From positions 85,493 to 149,492 of the forward strand of contig CAWEKI010000012.1 in the NCBI GenBank assembly GCA_963809695.1: DNA of 64,000 nucleotides, given 5' to 3'. The stretch comes from an uncultured Bacteroidota bacterium (lineage in GTDB: Bacteria > Bacteroidota > Ignavibacteria > UBA10030 > UBA6906). Below are positions 30,690-40,572 of this stretch, piece by piece (position 1 is the stretch's first letter; every line of letters begins with the position of its first letter). Made by a program: the position numbers and the translations under genes. A model generated the notes under the pieces. It was not told where the DNA came from. It did no database searches and worked only from the letters and a program-made list of their open reading frames with translations.

Positions 30690-31975
30690 ACAACGGCAAT
30701 GCAAGGACGGGACGCATGAACAATCTTGTGGGAGCAGGGTCATTTGAGAAACCGTTGACTCCTGCCGAGATCCGCGCGATCTGCACGGAGTCTATCGGAC
30801 GGCTCAGTCTTGACGGGAAACGTGTCCTCGTGCTTATTCCCGATCATACACGGCACGCTCCTATCGATCTGTTTTTCCATATTCTCTACGACCTGCTCGG
30901 GAGCCGGGTCAGCGCGCTGGATTACCTGGTCGCAACCGGGACTCACCAGGCAATGGAGATGGAACGGATCTATAGGCACGTGGGAATTGACGCTCAAAAA
31001 CATCAGCAGACCTTCCCAAAGGTCAGATTCTTCAATCATGTGCACGACGGCCCGAATGACCTGACGATGCTCGGGCTCATCCCTTCGGAGGAAATCCGGC
31101 GCCTCACCGGCGGATTGTTCAGTCAGGATATTGCCGTGACGATCAACCGGCGGGTGCTGGAATACGACCAGGTGGTGATCGTGAGCCCTGTCGTTCCACA
31201 TGAAGCGATCGGGTTCTCGGGAGGGAACAAGTACTTTTTCCCCGGTATCGGAGGTATCGACATCATCCAGACCTTTCACTGGCTTGCGGCCATCATCACC
31301 AATCCGCTGATCAACGGCGTGAAGGACACACCGACCAGGGAGGTCATCAACAGAGCGGCCTCGATGCTGCACGTTCCCACCCTCTGCTTTGCTTTTGCCG
31401 TGGATGACCACGACAGGCTGGCGTGTCTTTATGCCGGGGATCCAAAAGAGGCCTGGTCGGGTGCGGCTGATTACTCGGCCAGGATGCACATCACATACTG
31501 GGAAAAACCCGTTGCGCGGATTCTGGCGGTCACGCCTCCCATCTACGAAGAACTCTGGGTCGGGGGAAAGGCGATGTACAAACTTGAACCGGTCGTAGCC
31601 GAGGGCGGCGAGCTCATCATCTACGGGCCCCAGATCCGGGAGGTGTCATTCGTGCACGGCGAGCAGATCCGGCGCGTGGGCTATCATGTGCGGGACTATT
31701 TCGTCAAGCAATGGGACCGGTTCTGTAACGAGCCCAAGCTCATCCTGGCACACTCCACGAATGTACGGGGCATCGGCGAGTTCGACGAATCCGGAGAAAA
31801 GCCGCGTATCGCTGTGACTCTTGCGACCGGAATTCCCGAGGACGTGTGCCGGGGCATCAACCTGGGGTATCAGGACCCCCGGTCTATCGACGTGGATGCA
31901 TGGCGCCGGCAACAGAACGATGACATGCGTGTGGTGGAGAACGCCGGACAGGTCCTGTACAGGCTGCAAGCGTAA
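30686..31975 (+). CDS. LarA-like nickel-pincer-nucleotide-dependent 2-hydroxyacid racemase/epimerase family protein (DUF2088 N-domain)
   Basis: 429 aa. The start overlaps the gnd stop (ATGA). The LarA-type DxTR motif is present (VLVLIPDHTRHAPIDL), as is the Gly-rich lysine-containing block (PHEAIGFSGGNKYFFPGIGGIDIIQTFH), with overall LarA-like collinearity. Confidence 0.65.
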
Positions 31976-32006
31976 TTGTAACCACCTACTAACCGCGAGG
32001 ATACCT

Positions 32007-33092
32007 ATGGCATTGCACATTCATCCGGAAAAAGACACCCAATTCGACCTTCTTGCCCTTGGGGAGTGCATGATCCGCCTGAGTCCCCCCGGACATCAGC
32101 GGATCGAACTCACTCCCTACTTTGAAGCATACGCCGGCGGCGGCGAGTACAATGTGGCCTATGCCCTGGCCCGCTACGGCATGCGCACAAGCTGGGTGTC
32201 CCGTTTGGTGGACAATCCGCTCGGCCATTTTATCAAGAACCATGCGCGCACAAGCGGCATGGATATCAGCGAGGTCGTCTGGGTTCCGTACGACGGGTCC
32301 GGCCGCGCTGACCGGATCGGGCTCAACTTCACCGAAGTGGGCATGGGTGTGCGTGCGAGCGTGACTATGTATGACCGCGGGCATACGGCTGTGGCGCACA
32401 TGAAAGCAGGAGAGGTGGATTGGAGCAGGATTTTCTCTCAGCGCAAAGCCCGCTGGTTCCATACCGGCGGCATCTTTACAGCCCTGAGCGATGGGTGCGC
32501 GGATGTGGCGCTCGAGGCGATGAAGGCGGCCCACGATGCCGGGACGGTGATCAGCTACGACCTGAATTTTCGAAGTAAACTCTGGTCAAGCAAAAAGGCG
32601 ATCGAAGTCACAAAGAAACTGGTCCCTTACATCGACGTGCTGATCGGGAACGAGGAGGACTTCCAGAAAGTGCTCGGCTTCGAAGTCGAAGGGACCGATG
32701 CGAGCCTCACGTCGCTTCCTATCGAGGGGTATAAGAGAATGGTTGAAAAAGTCGTGAAGACGCACCCGCACATTCAGGCGGTCGGCACGACTCTGCGGGA
32801 AGTGGTCAGTGGATCTGTCAACAATTGGTCGGCGATTATGTATTATGACGGGCGGTTCTACGAGTCCCGGCGGTACGAGCGGCTGGAGGTGGAAGACCGG
32901 GTGGGAGGAGGAGATGGCTTCTGCAGCGGCTTCGTCTACGGGCTCCTGCACGGCATGGCCCCTCAGGAATGTGTGGATCTTGGCTCTGCCCATGGGGCGT
33001 TGCTGCAGTCCACACGCGGGGATACGAGCATGGTCACGATGGAAGAGACCATGCATGTGATGAAAGGGGGGAGTGCTCGCATCAAGCGATAA
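32007..33092 (+). CDS. kdgK: 2-dehydro-3-deoxygluconokinase (PfkB family)
   Basis: 362 aa. GECMIRLSPPGH…YAGGGEYNVAYALARYG matches the KdgK N-terminus. The PfkB C-terminal anion-hole motif is present (DRVGGGDGFCSGFVYGLL). Confidence 0.8.
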   Translation: MALHIHPEKDTQFDLLALGECMIRLSPPGHQRIELTPYFEAYAGGGEYNVAYALARYGMRTSWVSRLVDNPLGHFIKNHARTSGMDISEVVWVPYDGSGRADRIGLNFTEVGMGVRASVTMYDRGHTAVAHMKAGEVDWSRIFSQRKARWFHTGGIFTALSDGCADVALEAMKAAHDAGTVISYDLNFRSKLWSSKKAIEVTKKLVPYIDVLIGNEEDFQKVLGFEVEGTDASLTSLPIEGYKRMVEKVVKTHPHIQAVGTTLREVVSGSVNNWSAIMYYDGRFYESRRYERLEVEDRVGGGDGFCSGFVYGLLHGMAPQECVDLGSAHGALLQSTRGDTSMVTMEETMHVMKGGSARIKR

Positions 33093-33115
33093 AAGCGCCC
33101 ACAGAATGAATTAAA

Positions 33116-34033
33116 GTGACACTGAAAGGAATCCATACCGTGACCGCGATAACAAGAGAAGCTCTGAAAGCCTTCCAGCCGCAGCATGAACGGTTCATCG
33201 GCTTTGACTCTGATGGCTGTATCTTCGATTCGATGGAATTGAAGCACAAGGAATGCTTCATCCCCAATATCATCAAATATTACAATCTCCAGCCTGTGTC
33301 GAAGTATGCCCGCCAGGCAGCAGAATTTGTAAACCTGTATTCTTTCTGGCGCGGAACAAACAGGTTTCCGGCTCTGGTGAAGACCTTCGAACTGCTCAGA
33401 GACTGGCCGGAAGTGCAGCGCCGCAGGGTATCGCTCGCTGATTGGGCCCCCATTCAGGAGTTCATTGAGTCGGCCTCTGCGCTCGGCAACCCGGCATTGA
33501 AGGAGGCAGTGGCAAAGTCCGGAAACGGCGTTCTGAAACTCACGCTCGAGTGGAGCGAAGCGGTGAACCGGGATATTGAAGCCATGGTAAAGGGATTGCC
33601 CCCATTTCCCCTTGTCCGGGAAAGTCTGAAGAAACTTCAGGGGCGTGCGGACATGATGGTGGTCTCGGCGACGCCGGCGGAGGCGCTGCGGCGGGAATGG
33701 GTGGAGCACAAGATCGATCAGTACGTGGCGCTCATCGCCGGACAGGAGCTGGGGAAGAAGGAAGAGCAACTTGGCCTGACCGCGTCCGGTAAATACGCTT
33801 CAGGGCACATCCTCATGGTAGGAGACGCACTGGGAGATCTGAAAGCGTCACGCTCTGCCGGCGCTCTGTTCTACCCGGTCCTTCCCGGCAAGGAGGACGA
33901 GTCCTGGAAACTCTTCCATGATGAAGTGTGCGAAGAGTTCCTTGCAGGGAAATACACCAGGGAAAGCGAAGCAATGCATCTCGCGGCGTTTGAGAAAGCG
34001 CTGCCTAAGGTTGCGCCGTGGATGAAGGCGTGA
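33116..34033 (+). CDS. HAD-superfamily hydrolase (putative sugar-phosphate phosphatase)
   Basis: GTG start. HAD motif I is GFDSDGCIFDS and motif IV is MVGDALGDL. Last gene of the operon. Substrate unknown. Confidence 0.55.
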   Translation: MTLKGIHTVTAITREALKAFQPQHERFIGFDSDGCIFDSMELKHKECFIPNIIKYYNLQPVSKYARQAAEFVNLYSFWRGTNRFPALVKTFELLRDWPEVQRRRVSLADWAPIQEFIESASALGNPALKEAVAKSGNGVLKLTLEWSEAVNRDIEAMVKGLPPFPLVRESLKKLQGRADMMVVSATPAEALRREWVEHKIDQYVALIAGQELGKKEEQLGLTASGKYASGHILMVGDALGDLKASRSAGALFYPVLPGKEDESWKLFHDEVCEEFLAGKYTRESEAMHLAAFEKALPKVAPWMKA

Positions 34034-34064
34034 ATCATCAAACTTCATATGTAAGGAAGATCGT

Positions 34065-35222
34065 ATGATTCGGATGTGCAGAAGTATTCTTGCCGGGGTG
34101 GTCTTGTGTATGGCTGCCCCGCTTTTCGCGGGTGAGGGAGTTGTGGTCACTGTCAGGAATCCGTCGACGCTTCCGCGGGTGAGCGAAACTGTCGAAGTGC
34201 AGTTGGCGGACCTTCTGGCGCTTGACTCCCTGCTCGGGAAAGGAAACGTCGGGGTCAGAGACCAGGCGAGCGGAGGGCAGCTCGTGGTGCAGGTGACGGA
34301 CGAGGAGCTGCTGTTTCAGTCGGACTTCGCCGCTGGAGAGACGAAGGCGTTTCTGGTAGAGACAGGAGAACAAGCCGGGAAGGGTGTCGTTTCGAAAGTG
34401 GATGGTTTTTTTGTAACGCCGCGCGAGGACTATGCATGGGAGAACGACCGGATCGCCTTTCGCATGTACGGGCCGGCGCTCGCGGCGGAAGTCAGCAACG
34501 GTATCGACGTCTGGACGAAACGGGTTCGCGGCCTGATTGTTCGCAAGTGGTACGAGGCGGACGCGAAAAGCGGCACCGGGAATTACTATCACACTGACCG
34601 GGGTGAGGGGGCGGATTTCTTCGCGGTGGGTAAGACGCTCGGCGCAGGCGGATGCGGGATTTGGTACATGGATAGTCTCTACCAACCAGGCGTGTTTTCG
34701 TCGTACAGGACCCTGAGCAACGGACCAATCAGGACATCGTTTGAGTTGACCTACACCCCATGGAACGTTGGAGGAAAGAGACTGACGGAGCGGTTGCGCA
34801 TATCGCTCGATGCCGGCCGGAATCTCAACACGATCCAGGTCGCGTTCTCCGGCGTCGAGCCGGGGGATTCGCTGCTGATCGCTTGCGGTCTGGTCAAGAG
34901 GAAGGGTGTGACCATCCACATTTCCGACAACGGGTCACGGGCGGCCCTCTGGGGGCCGACGAACGATGATCCTGCGAACGGCTCGCTCGGCACCGGGATA
35001 GTCCTGCTTCCATCCTCCGTCGTGGGGACGCGCGCAGACAGCATCCAGGTCCTGGTGCTTGCGCGCATGGACGGAGGGGAGTCATTCACGTACTGGGCCG
35101 GTGCCGGATGGACCCGCAGCGGAGATTTCGCCAATGCCAATGCCTGGGACGAACACCTGGGAAATTTCTCGACCATGCTTGCCGAGCCGCTCGAGATCAC
35201 TGTGGCATCCCGCCGCGATTAG
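34065..35222 (+). CDS. secreted hypothetical protein (possibly DUF4861 family, commonly found in pectin loci)
   Basis: 385 aa with a signal peptide (MIRMCRSILAGVVLCMAAPLFAGEG). All-beta-looking sequence with a conserved-looking YAWENDRIAFRMYGPAL block. Family name is from memory, not searched. Confidence 0.45.
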   Translation: MIRMCRSILAGVVLCMAAPLFAGEGVVVTVRNPSTLPRVSETVEVQLADLLALDSLLGKGNVGVRDQASGGQLVVQVTDEELLFQSDFAAGETKAFLVETGEQAGKGVVSKVDGFFVTPREDYAWENDRIAFRMYGPALAAEVSNGIDVWTKRVRGLIVRKWYEADAKSGTGNYYHTDRGEGADFFAVGKTLGAGGCGIWYMDSLYQPGVFSSYRTLSNGPIRTSFELTYTPWNVGGKRLTERLRISLDAGRNLNTIQVAFSGVEPGDSLLIACGLVKRKGVTIHISDNGSRAALWGPTNDDPANGSLGTGIVLLPSSVVGTRADSIQVLVLARMDGGESFTYWAGAGWTRSGDFANANAWDEHLGNFSTMLAEPLEITVASRRD

Positions 35223-35303
35223 CCTTTGCGAGTGGGACTTTTCCGCGCCCGGCAAAAACGCCGAATTCGTCATGGAATCGCGACATTTATTTCAATTTCG
35301 GAC

Positions 35304-35332
35304 TTGACAAAAACGAGTCGTGTTGCTATATT
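35304..35332 (+). promoter_or_regulatory. sigma70-consensus-like promoter upstream of TonB-dependent receptor gene
   Basis: TTGACA (35304-35309), 17-nt spacer, TATATT (35327-35332), ~125 nt upstream of the ATG at 35457. Confidence 0.5.
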
Positions 35333-35353
35333 CAGCAAAGTAATCGATAACTG

Positions 35354-35372
35354 TATCGGTTAAGTAACCGCT
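35354..35372 (+). promoter_or_regulatory. candidate operator: palindrome CGGTTA-AG-TAACCG (shared AGTAACCG motif)
   Basis: TATCGGTTAAGTAACCGCT has 6-bp inverted arms, CGGTTA and TAACCG. It lies 25 nt downstream of the -10 and is preceded by a half-site-like AAGTAATCG. Confidence 0.35.
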
Positions 35373-35456
35373 ACCTTTTTGGCTTCCCGTTCTTCCTGAG
35401 TTTTGTTTCTGTCTCGTGTTTGCCGGTACTAGTTTTGACACTCCGGGAGTACTGTC

Positions 35457-38400
35457 ATGAACGTTGTACAGCCCATCAGATCGTTTACCCTCTTCGGTCT
35501 CCTGTTTCTCATACCGCTCCAATTGTTCGGGCAAGGAACTCTGCGAGGTACAGTCGTGGACTCTGCGGGGCACAACGCGCTCATCGGGGCGAACGTCTAT
35601 CTTGTGGGAACTGCGCTCGGCGCTGTGACAGACAGGGAGGGGGAATTCAGAATTGTGAAGGTGCCGCAGGGAACATACACGCTTCGGTTCTCCTACCTCG
35701 GATATCAGACGCGGGAAATTCCCATCACAGTCACGCCCGACCTCACAATCCCCGTGTACGTCAGCCTGTTGCAAGGCATGGTGGAGGGGGAAGAGGTCAC
35801 GGTCACGGCCCAGGCTCGTGGTCAGGTTTCCGCCATCAACCAGCAGATCAGCTCATCGACGATCATCAACGTCATCTCTGAAGAGAAGATCCAGGAGCTC
35901 CCTGATGCCAATGCCGCCGAAGCGATCGGTAGGCTTCCCGGCGTTTCCATCACACGGTCGGGGGGAGAAGCCAACAAAGTCATACTTCGCGGCCTGAGCG
36001 ACAAGTTCACGACCGTCACGGTCGACGGCATCAAGATTCCTCCCACGGACGCTGACTCGCGCGGCGTAGATCTCAGCATCGTGTCCCAAGGATCGCTTGC
36101 GGGTGTCGAACTCTTCAAGGCGCTCACCCCGGACAAAGACGCGGACGCCATCGGAGGGAGCATCAACCTGGTGACCAGGAAGGCACCGTCGGAGCGACTC
36201 CTGAGGTTCGATGCGCGCGGGGACTACAATCAACTGATGGACAAATACGGCCAGTACGATTTCGCCCTGCGGTACGGGGAACGATTCTTCAGCGACGTGC
36301 TGGGAGTGCAGGTCCAGGGCAATCTTGAACGGCGCTACAGGAGCAATGAGCGCTATAATCTCACCTACAACCAGGCGTTGCGCGGCGGTACGGACTATGA
36401 GATCAGTGATCTCCTGCCGGAATTCAACAATGAGATCCGGAGGAGAAGCGGAGGAACCCTCCTGCTGGATCTCAACACCCCCGACAGCGGCAGCGTGAGG
36501 CTGAATACCATCTTCAGCCGAACGGACAGGAGTTGGCTGCAATCGCGCAGGGATTATCCGTACGGGTCCGGTATCTCCGTGACCTACCAATATCGCGATC
36601 GGGAGCAGGAGATCAACAACTTCAATACCGCTCTCCAGGGGAAGAACTACCTCGGGGGACTCACGTTTACCTGGGGTGCCTCCTTTGCCCAGTCGAAAGG
36701 GGAATACCCGTACGATTACTACATCGACTTCATCGAGCCATCAATCTTGCAGGGCAGCACCGTCATTTCGGGAATGCGGGGCGACACCCCGGCGCTGAAG
36801 TCAAGCCCTGAGCAGCTGATCCCCTACGCGTTGAACAACTTTCAGGTTGCATACCTTAACGCCGCCTATTATCGCTCGGAGTTGAACCTGGACAAAGAGA
36901 AGACCGCATACCTGGACGTGGCCGGGGAGTATCTGCTGGGCAGCGGGCTTTCCGGGGAACTCAAGGTTGGAGGCAAATACAAATACAAGAACAGGAACAA
37001 GGAAAGCGGAGAGATCTATTCTCCATACTACCTGGGCTATTGGAGAGCGTTCAGCAGGAACGCTGACGGGTCAATACAGAAGAAGGATTTTACCGGTACA
37101 TGGTTTGAGCCGTTCTATCAACGCTTCAAGAGGGACCAAAGCACCCGCAATCCCTTTGCGTTGGATTTTCTTGACCAGCCCCCTGACTACAGAATGCTCT
37201 ACGATACCTACGACCTGCGGCCGATCGTTGACAGGAATGCCCTGCGGCTCTGGTATGAGCTCAATAAGAACGGGGTGGACAGCCTTGGCCGCAGTTACGA
37301 GTACTACACGAATCCTGCAGCCGAGGCGGACTTCTACGACGTCGTGGAACGTGTCGGTTCTGGCTACGTGATGAACACGCTGAACTTCGGACAGGCTGTG
37401 ACCTTCATCGCCGGCCTGCGCGTGGAACAGGAAAAGAATGACTACCGGTCAAAGTTCTCACCCTTCGGACTGGGCGGCTTCCCCATCCCCAGCGGTCCGA
37501 TCCATGACACGACATCGACCTACACTGAGACCATCTGGCTTCCCAACTTTCACCTTACCGTGCGCCCGACGGACTTTGCGATATTCCGCGTTGCTGCCTA
37601 TCGCGCCCTCCTGCGTCCGGACTTCAATATGCGCCTGGAGAAATTCGTTTCCCAGGGCGGCGGCGGCAATCTCAGCCTTCTGCTCGGGAATTCCCATCTG
37701 AAGACCGCGAAGGCATGGAACTATGAGCTCAATGCATCCTTCTTTGGACCTACTTTCGGCTTGATTTCAGCATCGGTGTACTACAAAGAGATCAGCGACC
37801 TTTTCCACATGCTGGATACAGCATCAACCGTTGGAAACAGCCTGATCAACGAACTCGGGATTACCTGGAGTTCACCGCATGCCGGCGCCTATTCCCTCAC
37901 CGCGCCGTACACATCTACCCGTCCGGCGAAGGTCTGGGGATTCGAACTCGAACATCAGGTGAATCTCAATTTCCTCCCCGGTTTTCTCAAGAATTTCGTC
38001 CTCTCGTACAACGGCTCAATTGTCCGGTCCGAGACCTATGTGCTTTCCGTTGACACATTTAACGTGTACGTGAAACAACCGACCGGATTTCCTCCGCCGT
38101 TCGATTCCGTGTCTGTCCCGATCACAAACACCAAGTCCGTTGAGAAAAAGCAGAGCCTTGAGAACCAACCGAAGTTCTACGGCAATATCGCCCTCGGGTA
38201 TGACATTGGCGGATTCTCCGTGCGCCTCTCTCTGTTCCACCAGTCCGCGTACAACATCTCCTTCTCGGCAAGCGGCATCACCGACCGGATCAGCAACAGC
38301 TTCACCCGGCTCGATCTGGCTCTCAGACAGCACATTACCGACCATTTCTCTATCATGCTGAACCTGAACAACCTTACCGATACGGCAGAGCGAACATCCA

Positions 38401-38489
38401 TCCTCAACAGGGTCCAGGGATGGGAGCTCATCAGCTCGAGCGAGCGGTATGGTCTGACAGGAAACCTGGGGGTGAGACTGACACTGTAA
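35457..38489 (+). CDS. TonB-dependent outer-membrane receptor with N-terminal carboxypeptidase-regulatory-like domain
   Basis: 1010 aa with a signal peptide. The CarbopepD_reg-like domain (LRGTVVDSAGHNALIGANVYLVGT…YTLRFSYLGYQT) is followed by a plug (ISEEKIQELPDANAAEAIGRLPGVSITRSGG…ILRGL) and a long beta-barrel. No SusD-like partner follows it. Confidence 0.8.
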   Translation: MNVVQPIRSFTLFGLLFLIPLQLFGQGTLRGTVVDSAGHNALIGANVYLVGTALGAVTDREGEFRIVKVPQGTYTLRFSYLGYQTREIPITVTPDLTIPVYVSLLQGMVEGEEVTVTAQARGQVSAINQQISSSTIINVISEEKIQELPDANAAEAIGRLPGVSITRSGGEANKVILRGLSDKFTTVTVDGIKIPPTDADSRGVDLSIVSQGSLAGVELFKALTPDKDADAIGGSINLVTRKAPSERLLRFDARGDYNQLMDKYGQYDFALRYGERFFSDVLGVQVQGNLERRYRSNERYNLTYNQALRGGTDYEISDLLPEFNNEIRRRSGGTLLLDLNTPDSGSVRLNTIFSRTDRSWLQSRRDYPYGSGISVTYQYRDREQEINNFNTALQGKNYLGGLTFTWGASFAQSKGEYPYDYYIDFIEPSILQGSTVISGMRGDTPALKSSPEQLIPYALNNFQVAYLNAAYYRSELNLDKEKTAYLDVAGEYLLGSGLSGELKVGGKYKYKNRNKESGEIYSPYYLGYWRAFSRNADGSIQKKDFTGTWFEPFYQRFKRDQSTRNPFALDFLDQPPDYRMLYDTYDLRPIVDRNALRLWYELNKNGVDSLGRSYEYYTNPAAEADFYDVVERVGSGYVMNTLNFGQAVTFIAGLRVEQEKNDYRSKFSPFGLGGFPIPSGPIHDTTSTYTETIWLPNFHLTVRPTDFAIFRVAAYRALLRPDFNMRLEKFVSQGGGGNLSLLLGNSHLKTAKAWNYELNASFFGPTFGLISASVYYKEISDLFHMLDTASTVGNSLINELGITWSSPHAGAYSLTAPYTSTRPAKVWGFELEHQVNLNFLPGFLKNFVLSYNGSIVRSETYVLSVDTFNVYVKQPTGFPPPFDSVSVPITNTKSVEKKQSLENQPKFYGNIALGYDIGGFSVRLSLFHQSAYNISFSASGITDRISNSFTRLDLALRQHITDHFSIMLNLNNLTDTAERTSILNRVQGWELISSSERYGLTGNLGVRLTL

Positions 38490-38571
38490 ACCATATATGA
38501 CGTCTGAACATTATTCCCGAGGAGGGTGGGGGCTTCCTCCTCCAATCTCTTAACCAGTCAAGGAGGTCAAC

Positions 38572-40281
38572 ATGCTGACATTCCGATACAGATATATTCT
38601 GTTGCTCCTCTTGCTGCTGCTACCGCTGTCCATGCATGCGCAAGAATCTGTGCTGCGCCTGGTCCCGTATGATGGGACGCCGGCGAGCTTCCTCAATACC
38701 CAGATCGGGGCAGACACTACGGCGAACGGAGGGGTCATCCCGGCGAACCGGGTCTACGTGCTGCAGCGGGGAGCACCCTATCTGGCGAACGGTGTGTTCA
38801 ACGTCAACTCCGGTCAGACGCTTCGGATCCGGGCAAACGATAGCGCCGGCGTGCGGCGTCCGGTGATTTTCCTGTATCCTACGGGCACGGGCGCCAATCC
38901 GCAGAGGCCCCCGGGGAATTTCGCCGTTCTGCGCGGCAACCTGGAAATGAAGAACATCGTCCTGAGCGGCTACTTTGAGCCGATCGACACGAACCTGAAC
39001 AACCTTCAGGGCGCGCTTCTCAACATTCCCACCGCCGGTGCCGGGGCCAGTATCCTGCTTGATAGCTGCATACTGACCAATACCAATGGCAACCACATCC
39101 GCACCGATGGAGCGATAAACCTCCTGACCATTACGAACTGCATCTTCGCCAATATGGGCTTCCTGGGAACTTCAAACCTGGGGGCCGGAAAAGCGATGGA
39201 CCTGCGCGATGCATCCGCCGATACGGTCATTGTCCAAAACAACACATTCATCAACTGGCAAGACCGCATCATCCGGCACTATAATTTCAACAATCCTCTC
39301 GCCGGCACAGGTGCCATTAATTACCTCAAGTTCGATCACAATACGCTGGCCAACGGCATGTCGTACCACGGGCTCCTGTCGCTCGGCTCCATGGGACCGA
39401 AAGCGATCATCACGAACAACCTGATGATCGATCCGTTTTCGCTCGGCAACGACACGGATGCGACGCGACAGGCGGAGTTTGTGAACAACCTTGAGACCGA
39501 TCCGTACGGCGGTCCGCGTATGACGTGGGTGTTCACGACCCCCAATGACTCGACGCAATGGACCATTTCCAACAATTACTACGTGATATCAGACTCAGGT
39601 CAGGCCTTCTACGACGAGTTTGCCTCGGCCGGCGTCACCGGGGAAGGCTCTCCTCTTACCTGGCATATCAATAGCAAGCTTGGGGCAGACTCGGCCAACG
39701 CGTTCACCAAGACCAGCCTGAAGCTCAATGACATCCCCGCGCTCATGACCGCAGAGAACCGGTGGTATCGGTCGCCAAGCGGGGGGAACAAGCTGAAGAA
39801 TACCCCCAACGCGAACATCTGGAACCGGTCGTTCGACTTCGACCGGAGGGGATGGATGTACTATCATGACACGCTCGACTGTGCTTACTCCACAGCCTCG
39901 GGGGTGTACACAGCAGCCCTTGGCGGCTATCCGGTTGGTGATTTGAATTGGTTCCCAAGCCAGAAAGCGCTTTGGCTTGTCGATCCAGCCATGGATATTG
40001 CTCCCGGCGCTTTGCCCCTGGAGTTCTCCCTGAGCCAGAACTATCCGAATCCGTTCAATCCATCGACCAGAATCGAGTTCTCCGTCATGAAAGATGCGAA
40101 GGTGAAGCTTGAGGTGTTCGACCTGCTCGGGAGAAGCGTCGCCACGCTGGTGGACGGGCCGCAGCACGCCGGACAGCACTTCGTGGACTTCAATGCCTCG
40201 AACCTGGCGTCGGGATTCTATATCTATCGTCTCTCTTCGCCGCAGCTCACGATTGCGAAGAAGATGATGCTGATAAAGTAA
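38572..40281 (+). CDS. T9SS-sorted secreted protein with parallel beta-helix repeats (possible polysaccharide lyase/hydrolase)
   Basis: 569 aa. Signal peptide MLTFRYRYILLLLLLLLPLSMHAQ. The repeats NNTFINW / DHNTLANG / ITNNLMID are typical of right-handed beta-helices. The C-terminal ~80 aa is a Por/T9SS sorting domain (SLSQNYPNPFNPSTRIEFSV…LEVFDLLGRSVATLVDG…ASGFYIYRL…KKMMLIK). Confidence 0.7.
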   Translation: MLTFRYRYILLLLLLLLPLSMHAQESVLRLVPYDGTPASFLNTQIGADTTANGGVIPANRVYVLQRGAPYLANGVFNVNSGQTLRIRANDSAGVRRPVIFLYPTGTGANPQRPPGNFAVLRGNLEMKNIVLSGYFEPIDTNLNNLQGALLNIPTAGAGASILLDSCILTNTNGNHIRTDGAINLLTITNCIFANMGFLGTSNLGAGKAMDLRDASADTVIVQNNTFINWQDRIIRHYNFNNPLAGTGAINYLKFDHNTLANGMSYHGLLSLGSMGPKAIITNNLMIDPFSLGNDTDATRQAEFVNNLETDPYGGPRMTWVFTTPNDSTQWTISNNYYVISDSGQAFYDEFASAGVTGEGSPLTWHINSKLGADSANAFTKTSLKLNDIPALMTAENRWYRSPSGGNKLKNTPNANIWNRSFDFDRRGWMYYHDTLDCAYSTASGVYTAALGGYPVGDLNWFPSQKALWLVDPAMDIAPGALPLEFSLSQNYPNPFNPSTRIEFSVMKDAKVKLEVFDLLGRSVATLVDGPQHAGQHFVDFNASNLASGFYIYRLSSPQLTIAKKMMLIK

Positions 40282-40338
40282 CGCGCTTCTTCACAATATT
40301 CCCTGGCTCCTGACCTCCCTCTGCCAGGTGAAGACCAG

Positions 40339-40369
40339 AGAGGGCCCCGAAACTCCGGGGCCCTCTTTG
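40339..40369 (+). terminator. putative rho-independent terminator
   Basis: AGAGGGCCCCG-aaactc-CGGGGCCCTCT hairpin with an 11-bp GC-rich stem, followed by TTTGC. It lies 58 nt after the stop at 40281. The T-tail is short. Confidence 0.45.
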
Positions 40370-40572
40370 CATTCCGTTGAGGTCTCGCTTACGATTGTGA
40401 TCCTCATCGGCGAAAGAGTTGCCACGCTTGTCTCCGGTCGCATGGGACAGGGGATGCAATAGAATCCGATCGAATTCTGCCAGCCCTTTGTTGATTTCCT
40501 TCTTTCTGCTCAGTACATTGTCCTCACTCGTCTCCCATCCTCTTTGCACGACATCCACGAAAGGAAATCCCC

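Noticed and set aside
35333-35456. Possible cobalamin riboswitch in the 125-nt leader of the TonB-dependent receptor gene
   Set aside because: The leader is too short and lacks a B12-box-like conserved core. The shared AGTAACCG palindrome is better explained as a protein operator.
40030-40281. Repeat relationship between 40030-40281 and 61320-61614
   Set aside because: The similarity reflects homologous T9SS C-terminal sorting domains (NYPNPFNP…) at the protein level, not a nucleotide repeat or mobile element.
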